64,000 nucleotides of DNA from a virus, in UHGV virus genome UHGV-1352889. One strand, 5' to 3'. The notes beneath the pieces are model-generated. The model made no database searches and was not told the DNA's origin. It was given only the letters and a program-made list of their open reading frames with translations. Shown here in pieces: positions 57,523 through 64,000 of this stretch; within the stretch, counting starts at the first letter, position 1, and each line of letters opens with the position of its first letter. The position numbers were made by a program, and so were the translations under genes.

Positions 57523-57912
57523 TTAGAATTCGGCTTCATTGGCTTCCTGCACATCAATAATCCAGTCAAGACTGTCAATGCACTTGTTCAGCTGGTCACG
57601 CTTCTGGCTAAGCTCGTACCGGTCGCGGAGGTTCTGGTTCTGCGCCTTCAAGTTGGCGAGACGTTCATTGGACGGGCGTCCCAGCTTCTTGCCATTCTTG
57701 CTATAGCCGGGGCGGGGAGAATCCGCAACCGTGGTAACGTGCGTACTATTCATCAAGTTGCCAAGACCGTCAAGGAGATTGATGAGCTTGACAATGCGGT
57801 TGTGGTTATTGCGAAGGGACTTCAATTCCTCTTCGGCTTTTTCCACCTGTGAGCGAAGCTCGGATTCAAGAGCTTTCAACTCGGTAATCATGTTGTCGTC
57901 GGTCGTAGTCAT
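57523..57912 (-). CDS. coiled-coil protein (129 aa)
   Basis: Heptad-like N-terminus (ITELKALESELRSQVEKAEEELKSLRNN). Confidence 0.5.
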   Translation of the reverse strand: MTTTDDNMITELKALESELRSQVEKAEEELKSLRNNHNRIVKLINLLDGLGNLMNSTHVTTVADSPRPGYSKNGKKLGRPSNERLANLKAQNQNLRDRYELSQKRDQLNKCIDSLDWIIDVQEANEAEF

Positions 57913-58042
57913 GTTTATTGCTGGTTTGCTTTTTATTATTCTATGGGATTAGCGGAACGGGATTGGCCCCGCCCCGGAATCCCGGTGACGAGGCCAATGT
58001 ATCATAGCTTAGATTTTTGTCAAGAAGTTTTTAGAAGAAATT

Positions 58043-60913
58043 TTACATGGTTTCCGCAAGTACCTTAATATGTTCATATTGTGAATACACCCTTGCCTTC
58101 GTTTCTGCGCTTGCTTCCTTCAACCAAATGTCGATTGGCATGAAGAAGAAACGCTTTGTACGCTTGGGGTCATCGAGGCGTTTGACATTTTGACGTATCA
58201 GAGAATCGGAACCGTAGGACGCGATGAGGTCTCGTTTGAAGTTAGCGTCTGCCCAGTTCTCCACCTTCTCCATGTCTCCGAAGTTCTTACGGACATAAGC
58301 GAGGATGTTGCGCATAGCGGTAAAGTCGCCCGGTATCTTTTTGGAGAGCCTCTCTCCCTTCGTGTCCGTATCATTGGGAGCCACGGGGACAAGGTACTTC
58401 GTCAGGTCAGTATCATTGCCTCGGCAACTGGCATACTGTTCCGCGAGGAATGCACCGACTTTTTCCAGATTAGCCCAACGGTATTCGCCATCTTCATGAG
58501 CGTCTACCATGTATTTAATCTGTGCCCAAAGTTGCTGGTTGTCAAGTTTGAAGAGCTTCTCCACCGCCCAGCTGTTGGCACTAAACCCGGCAGGGATTTC
58601 TTCCTCCGGCGTGGTGCGTTCACCTAAGATTACCGGGTAGTAACGGCGAGTGCCTGTGGTATCTCTCAATACCTCTTCTTGGTTCGTACTCCCAATGATA
58701 CTTGCGCAGTACTCATAGGTTCCCGGAGAATGGGCGAAAGCAACACGGCAACTTTCAGATTCCCCGGTAATGATTCGCTTCAACTTACTCTCCTTTATTT
58801 TGTTAGCGACTTCTTCATCAATCTCGTCCAAGACGATAGCAGAGTGCCGGGCCATCTGGACCACGCTATCCGCACTATTCAATCCTTCGATGGAGCTAGC
58901 CACGTCATTGCGGACCCCACGGAACAACCAGTCCGTGGCTTTCGTTTTACCCAGCCCCTGCGCACCTGTGAGCATGGGAACGTAGTTCTGCGGGAAGCTG
59001 GTCTGGGATTCCACATGGGTGAGGAAGCAGAGACGGCGGGTCACGCGCTTCCACAAGGTGACGAGCCATGTCGTGAGCACCATGTCCCGGTACTTGTCCG
59101 GGGTCCAGCCTTCGGGCATATCTATGTTCTGATTCATGGGAAGGTAGTCCAAGAACGCACGCAAACGGTCCTGCCCGTCCCAAGGACGAGAACTGACGAA
59201 CGTAGCCAGCGGGTGGTAGTAGTTGGTCTGCGCAATACTTGACAACGCGTCGCGAAGTCGCGGAGTAGGAATGGCCTGACCGGGAACAATCAACTGCCAG
59301 AAGCTCGAAATCTTGCTCAATATAGTATCACTCGTCTCGTACCACCTGCTGTTCTTAAAGTCCAAGAGCAGGAGTTCGTTCGTGTTCATTCGACGGAAGG
59401 CACGGAGATTTAGGCCATGATGAAGAAGATACTTGATGTTCTCGTCGGTCAGGATGGGGATGCTCTTGCCCGCCTTGTTCTTTCGGACATAGGGGAACTT
59501 GAGAGAGCAGAGCTTCAACGCGCTGACCTCCGGGAGAGGGGTGTTCGTATTTACCGGAGCAATTCCCTGCATGAAGCACTTCATCAGGAGAGGGTCTTGA
59601 CACCACGGCTCAACCCCTGCCTTCTTCTCGGCTTCCCCCTCCAACTCCGTCAGGTACATGTCGAAGAGCCATTGCACCGACATAATCTCCGGGTTCGCGC
59701 CATTGCAACTGGCATGGAAGCAGTGGAAGTAGGACTGCCGGGGGTACTGGGGATTGGGGTAGAAGCGAAGGTCCGTGTTCTGGCTATTGCCCGATTTGCC
59801 TCCCTTGCACTGTGGGCACTCACCATAGAGGCAACCGTCCCCCTTAATATAGTCCATGCGGGAGAGGCCTTCGGCGGTATCATAATACTCGTTCACCTTC
59901 AACCACGCAATGAAGTCCTCGAATATCTTGGGACGGGAACTGCCGGGAGCCACGGACGGAAGTTCGTAACTGACCGCCCGGTTCTTGTCGTATTGAAGGT
60001 AGTCCGCTTTCGCCTTCTCCATATCGGGTACATGGAATCGAGGGGTTCCGGGGGTTCCGGGGATGAAGGTGTCCAGATAGAAGAACTGCATCCGCGCAGG
60101 GTCGGTACAGGCCATGTCGAGAACAAATCCGGTTCCCTCGTGGATGTACTGCGCGAGGGAATGATATACTGCTTTGTGGAGATAGATGCGTTCATTTGCC
60201 AATCGCTTCACGTCCAGTTCATCATTTCCCTCGTCCTCCACCACCTGCGGATTCTGGTTCAGGTATTGGAGCGTAGAGTTGGAGATTTGGAAGAATGCCT
60301 TAATCCCCTGATTGGGACTTACGTATGCGAAGAGGAAGCCATCCAGCTGGGGAAGCTTCTCCTGCGCCGCGGCGAGAAGAGATTCCGCAGTATGTTTCTT
60401 GTTCTCCTTGAGGTCTACGTCAATTCCGAAGATACCCGTATGCCGCCACGATGTTCCATCTACACTGACGAGGCTACGGTTGGTATAGTACCTTGCACCC
60501 TTGCTGTCGAGGGCGTAGTCATACAATCCGGGCTTGCTTAGGAACTGGACAGAGGGTACGATGGCAGGAAGCGCGGGCTTAATATCCTTGGCTTCTACAC
60601 CGTGCTTGTGCCAGTTGGAGAGGATGCTCTTATATACGGGAGGCATGGAGAGCGAGTTCTCGTCCAGCTTCCCCTGCATCACCTTAAAGAGTTGCACCTG
60701 ATAGTAATACTGCATCAGTTCCTGATTTTCTACCGTCATGCCCATGAGAAGGCGAAGGACCTCCGGCAGGGCAATGGCGACGGCGCGGTTGCAACTGCCC
60801 CCGGTGGGGAGTTTCTTCATACCTTCGGCCAGCTGTAGTTGAGATATGCGGGGTGCGGTAAAGGTCAGTTCAAGTTTCTGAACTGTTTCATCGTTAAGTA
60901 GTTCTATGGTCAT
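58043..60913 (-). CDS. putative primase-helicase (Zn-finger + P-loop NTPase, 956 aa)
   Basis: CPQCKGG…SYFHCFHASCN zinc-binding element resembling primase CHC2-type fingers; Walker A LTGAQGLGKTKATDW and Walker B AIVLDEIDEE in the C-terminal half. Confidence 0.55.
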   Translation of the reverse strand: MTIELLNDETVQKLELTFTAPRISQLQLAEGMKKLPTGGSCNRAVAIALPEVLRLLMGMTVENQELMQYYYQVQLFKVMQGKLDENSLSMPPVYKSILSNWHKHGVEAKDIKPALPAIVPSVQFLSKPGLYDYALDSKGARYYTNRSLVSVDGTSWRHTGIFGIDVDLKENKKHTAESLLAAAQEKLPQLDGFLFAYVSPNQGIKAFFQISNSTLQYLNQNPQVVEDEGNDELDVKRLANERIYLHKAVYHSLAQYIHEGTGFVLDMACTDPARMQFFYLDTFIPGTPGTPRFHVPDMEKAKADYLQYDKNRAVSYELPSVAPGSSRPKIFEDFIAWLKVNEYYDTAEGLSRMDYIKGDGCLYGECPQCKGGKSGNSQNTDLRFYPNPQYPRQSYFHCFHASCNGANPEIMSVQWLFDMYLTELEGEAEKKAGVEPWCQDPLLMKCFMQGIAPVNTNTPLPEVSALKLCSLKFPYVRKNKAGKSIPILTDENIKYLLHHGLNLRAFRRMNTNELLLLDFKNSRWYETSDTILSKISSFWQLIVPGQAIPTPRLRDALSSIAQTNYYHPLATFVSSRPWDGQDRLRAFLDYLPMNQNIDMPEGWTPDKYRDMVLTTWLVTLWKRVTRRLCFLTHVESQTSFPQNYVPMLTGAQGLGKTKATDWLFRGVRNDVASSIEGLNSADSVVQMARHSAIVLDEIDEEVANKIKESKLKRIITGESESCRVAFAHSPGTYEYCASIIGSTNQEEVLRDTTGTRRYYPVILGERTTPEEEIPAGFSANSWAVEKLFKLDNQQLWAQIKYMVDAHEDGEYRWANLEKVGAFLAEQYASCRGNDTDLTKYLVPVAPNDTDTKGERLSKKIPGDFTAMRNILAYVRKNFGDMEKVENWADANFKRDLIASYGSDSLIRQNVKRLDDPKRTKRFFFMPIDIWLKEASAETKARVYSQYEHIKVLAETM

Positions 60914-61905
60914 TTGAGAATGAATACTTTGTTTTCGGGGTTAATGATTTTCGAAGTGTAATCAAAAGTTATTTGCATACGGTAGATGATGTCATCCAAG
61001 TACTTGAGGGCAGTGTTTCGGCAATTACCACAGGACCGGGCGAGTTCGAGGTACTCCCGTTTCGTCATGGAGGCTCCGTTCAGCCGCCCCATTGCACGAA
61101 GCACAAAGTGCAGTATGCTGTCCGGGAAGGTGAGGTAGATGCGCTTAATACTGCGCCGGAAGTCCTCATCGATTACCCAACGGGCGAAGTGGTCTTCTTC
61201 CTTGAGCAGGTCACAACGCCCAGCGGCGGCTACTACATCTTTATATTTGGCGTAGTACCGCCACTTCCAGTCGGGAAGTACTCCACCCTCCGTAAGATGT
61301 TGGAGATAGGGGAAGACCTCGTACTTAGGCCAAATGCTCGTCTCATCTATATAGTTGAATGCCCTTGCGTACAGGAGGTCAAGGGAATGGTCGCTAAGTT
61401 CACCAAGGTAGGTGGTGCTGGCGAATGCGCGTACCATTTCCTTGGTCGGCATGAGTGGGACGTTGTAGAAAAAGTCCAGCATCTGGACGAGGGCTTCACA
61501 ATATCCTTCCGTGCCATAATTGGAATAGGCCGCCGTGATGGTGTGTCTACCGTAGGGTGTCCATACCGTTTGAGGAATGGAGTAGACGAATTGGTAGAAG
61601 TGCTCCCAGCGAAGTTCTCGCGGGGTGGAGGGTGCGATAGGTATGTCGTACATGAGCGGAACGGTAGCATGGTTGAGACAAGTTGTCAAGCTCAAACCGA
61701 GACAAAACGTTTTTCTCTTTGACCACGGAACCCACGGTAGCCGGGGGAGAACGTATGCTAAGGAGTTGAGAGCAAATGAGTTATGAAATGAGACACAGAG
61801 AAAGCTGTCCGTTGTATCACTGGGAACTCGTTGAACATAAATGGGTAATATAATTGGGTCCGTGGGTTCCGTGGGTTCCGGGGAGACAAAAGTTTGTCTC
61901 ATCAT
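60910..61905 (-). CDS. hypothetical protein, first gene of the minus-strand replication block (331 aa)
   Basis: ORF; N-terminus PEPTEPTD encoded by tandem GTGGGTTCC 9-mers; immediately downstream of AT-rich noncoding region. Confidence 0.5.
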   Translation of the reverse strand: MMRQTFVSPEPTEPTDPIILPIYVQRVPSDTTDSFLCVSFHNSFALNSLAYVLPRLPWVPWSKRKTFCLGLSLTTCLNHATVPLMYDIPIAPSTPRELRWEHFYQFVYSIPQTVWTPYGRHTITAAYSNYGTEGYCEALVQMLDFFYNVPLMPTKEMVRAFASTTYLGELSDHSLDLLYARAFNYIDETSIWPKYEVFPYLQHLTEGGVLPDWKWRYYAKYKDVVAAAGRCDLLKEEDHFARWVIDEDFRRSIKRIYLTFPDSILHFVLRAMGRLNGASMTKREYLELARSCGNCRNTALKYLDDIIYRMQITFDYTSKIINPENKVFILK

Positions 61906-61954
61906 AAGTCATTGATTTTCAACAGGGGAACTTTCCTTTTTTTATATTGAGACA

Positions 61955-62025
61955 TGAGACATATAAATAAATAAATTATAATATATAATAATATAATAGG
62001 GGTATACATATATATATATATATAG
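61955..62025. repeat. AT-rich tract with (AT/TA)n microsatellite
   Basis: …aaataaataaattataatatataataatataat…atacatatatatatatatatag…. Confidence 0.8.
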
Positions 62026-62196
62026 GAGGGAGCGGACTTGTCTCGCGTCTCACCCCGCCTGATTTAGTTGTAACTATATGCGGCTCAAGCACTTAACCCC
62101 CTGTCTCAACACGTCTCCGCCTTGTCTCACTTGGCTCACTTTTTCACAATCCTTTAACTCTCAATGCTTACCGCAGATTAGGTTTCTGTCTCACCC

Positions 62197-62236
62197 AAAA
62201 GAAAACCCCGGAAGCAGGACGAGCCTACCTCCGGGG
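62197..62236 (-). terminator. candidate rho-independent terminator for a minus-strand transcript arising in the noncoding region
   Basis: Stem CCCCGGAAG/CCTCCGGGG (7 bp + 1 mismatch), A-run AAAAGAAAA on + strand upstream; shares the 14-mer CCTCCGGGGCGATG with the terminator at 35428. Confidence 0.4.
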
Positions 62237-62365
62237 CGATGACGAAAACATCATACCTATCAAATAACCACGGCCACTATACCAAACCTCCAGCCAATGT
62301 CAAGACCTTTGTGCGTCCTCTTGTACGCACGCGCCCACGCGGGTGTACGCCCCATTTCCAAATCC

Positions 62366-62438
62366 CCTGAATTTAATCGAGGGTCCTACCCTAGAACGCG
62401 CCGCACGGGGCGGTCCGCTACAACTATCCACCCGGACC
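62366..62438. repeat. about 73-bp element, copy A (GAATTTAATCGAGGGTCCTACCCTAGAACGCGCC core)
   Basis: 34-bp identical core plus about 85% identity over about 70 bp with copy at 62845; flanked by a 10-bp inverted partner GATTAAATTC at 62468. Confidence 0.7.
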
Positions 62439-62844
62439 CCATCCCCTCCTTCTACCTCGCCACACTGGATTAAATTCGTAAACGCGCGGACTCTGTCGAT
62501 TTCCTCTTGACTTTCTCCCCTGATGTGGTATGTTGCACCTGTTCGCTCCGAACGGCAACCGAACCAGCTAAGCTCAATGCTTCTGGCTATCCCAAGCAAG
62601 GAACTTGCTCGCCACAGGAGCGGACTAAACACTCTCCTTTCTACAGGCATTTTCCATAGTTACGCCCGTGGGTAGTCTCGTCAAGCTACCTGCGGGCTTT
62701 TTCTTTACCGCCAAATCCGCGAGAGCCGCTCCGTCGCATTATGCCCGCCGTGCGCAAATTTGGTCGATGGTAGTGCCCTATCTCCTGTTTCATGACTAAT
62801 GTACCATCTCGCTACCTATACCCCGTCACACTCTTGTAAATTTG

Positions 62845-62918
62845 CCCGAATTTAATCGAGGGTCCTACCCTAGAACGCGCCACAACCGCTGGTCCGCTAT
62901 AACTACCTGCCCGAAGGG
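62845..62918. repeat. about 73-bp element, copy B
   Basis: See copy A; spacing about 479 bp. Confidence 0.7.
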
Positions 62919-62949
62919 TATGCCCGCCTTCTAGGTCGATACGTCCCCC

Positions 62950-63076
62950 CCCGTGGAACGGCCGCGTGTCGATTTTGCTTGACATGGCAGGAATGGGGTG
63001 CAGACCAGATGAGGCTGAAACAGACCAGAAGTATATCCCGCCCGTGGAATGGCCGCATGTCGATTTTGCTTGACAT
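62950..63076. repeat. two copies of a 35-bp direct repeat (CCGTGGAAyGGCCGCrTGTCGATTTTGCTTGACATG), period 91 bp
   Basis: 33/35 identical; each contains TTGACA; CAGACCAGA duplicated between them. Confidence 0.7.
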
Positions 63077-63209
63077 GCCCAGAAGGGTACTCCCTCCCCC
63101 GTACCCCACGGAAAAAATTTGACCCAACTATTTACTATGGGCCACGTGCAACCCCGGAGCCTGGGAAACCGTGGTGGTGTTTGGATTTCCTTGGCATCCC
63201 ATTACCCCC

Positions 63210-63435
63210 TGTACCCACGGAATCGGTGCATCACGGAGCCTTTTTGCCCCTGATTGCACCGGGAACGGTATATCCCGGGGGGCCTGCCTATCTCCCACAT
63301 GTAGCGGAATCGGTATGATAGGCCACCGTATTGCAACGGGAATGGTATACCACCTGCCATGAACTGCCCTCGCCCCTGTCACGGGAACGGTACGCCATGC
63401 AACCCATTGAATCCTCGGAATCAGCGGTAGCCGTT
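63210..63435. repeat. iteron-like array of about 6 ACGG(G)AAyGGTA motifs at 34-45 bp spacing
   Basis: cccacggaatcggtg, accgggaacggtat, agcggaatcggtat, acgggaatggtat, acgggaacggtac, ctcggaatcagcggtag. Confidence 0.55.
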
Positions 63436-63796
63436 TGAGCATGTGGGACTTGTAGGGAAATGGTGTGCAATGGAGACCGAGGAATCCGAGGGTGCAATAC
63501 CTGTTTCCTATTGACACCCTGATATGCGTAACTCGTTGATACTCTAAGCAATCCGCTTCCATACTTCGCATAATACATATAATGCAAAATCGGCAAATGG
63601 TAATCCTACTAATCCGATAGGAATTGAAATTGAAGGTGCCGGAGAAGGCAGAAAAGGGGCAGGGTCTTGCCCTCAAATTGTCTGGTCTGGGACTGGTTAA
63701 GTATCAACAACATGTGAAGCATACCCATGCGGGTATAGGTATTTTTCCCTCATTAATAGTCAAATATTGGACTAATGGTTTTACATTTTTGTAAAG

Positions 63797-63846
63797 CCCC
63801 TATATCTTGTACGGCATATTGTTGCACGCCCCTATATCTTGCGTAC
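63797..63846. repeat. 14-bp direct repeat GCCCCTATATCTTG ×2
   Basis: Copies at 63797 and 63827. Confidence 0.6.
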
Positions 63847-63935
63847 CTGTAGCGGTGCAATCGGCGTGCGGCCAGTCCTTGCGGATTTGCCGTCAGATAG
63901 TCAACTATCGGACTATCTATCTATCTTCAAAGATT

Positions 63936-64000
63936 GTTAGGCTGGACTTAAAAGTTAGACCGGACTTACAATGTTAGGCTGGACTTAAAAGTTAGACGGC
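63936..64000. repeat. tandem 18/19-bp repeats (GTTAGGCTGGACTTAAAA / GTTAGACCGGACTTACAAT), at least 3.5 copies, truncated by window end
   Basis: A-B-A-B arrangement = 37-bp higher-order unit ×2; runs off the window edge. Confidence 0.8.

Noticed and set aside
59417-60541. 374-aa plus ORF
   Set aside because: Antisense within primase-helicase gene
62300-63676. ORFs of 74-182 aa on both strands in the right-end region
   Set aside because: Cys/Arg/Pro-rich, no protein-like periodicity, embedded in repeat arrays; region treated as noncoding
61906-64000. tRNA genes or CRISPR array in the noncoding region
   Set aside because: No GTTCGAATC/GGTTCGA T-loop signatures or cloverleaf-compatible 70-90-nt units found by eye; repeats are heterogeneous in length and spacing rather than CRISPR-like. 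An Infernal/tRNAscan run would be decisive

Overview
This window reads as a roughly 64-kb segment of a large virulent dsDNA phage genome, about 50% GC and densely coding. Gene order and the giant ORF look crAss-like, but family and host cannot be confirmed without a database search.

Layout:
- 1-7751 (+ strand): a block of small early-type genes plus an NAD-dependent DNA ligase and a ThyX thymidylate synthase. Four of the genes are preceded by a conserved TTAGAAACC...CTCTA motif. The block ends at a bidirectional intrinsic terminator at 7759-7788.
- 7875-61905 (- strand, nearly everything else):
  - a 3214-aa giant protein (8934-18578);
  - tail-like proteins and a lysis cassette (endolysin with a PG-binding motif plus a small membrane protein);
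  - an accessory island at 25.0-35.4 kb, containing a tandem array of five ~80-aa paralogs, a six-zinc-ribbon Lar-like protein, a second Lar-like protein, PadR/HTH regulators and small membrane proteins;
  - a head module: tail fibre-like protein, candidate major capsid protein, acidic scaffold-like protein, candidate portal and TerL;
  - a replication module: RuvC-like resolvase, Cas4/RecB-like PD-(D/E)xK nuclease, an SF2 helicase whose P-loop is interrupted by a 356-aa LAGLIDADG intein, a family A DNA polymerase with proofreading exonuclease motifs, a MazG-like protein and a Zn-finger/P-loop primase-helicase.
- 61906-64000: about 2.1 kb with no protein-like ORF, containing an AT-rich (TA)n tract, GTCTC clusters, a 75-bp repeat pair, a 35-bp repeat pair, an iteron-like GGAAYGGTA array, 18/19-bp tandem repeats at the window edge and a minus-strand terminator. 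I read this as an ori/pac/ncRNA region.

No tRNA, rRNA or CRISPR array was found by eye. All functional calls rest on motifs read directly from the six-frame translations; none has been confirmed by a database search.
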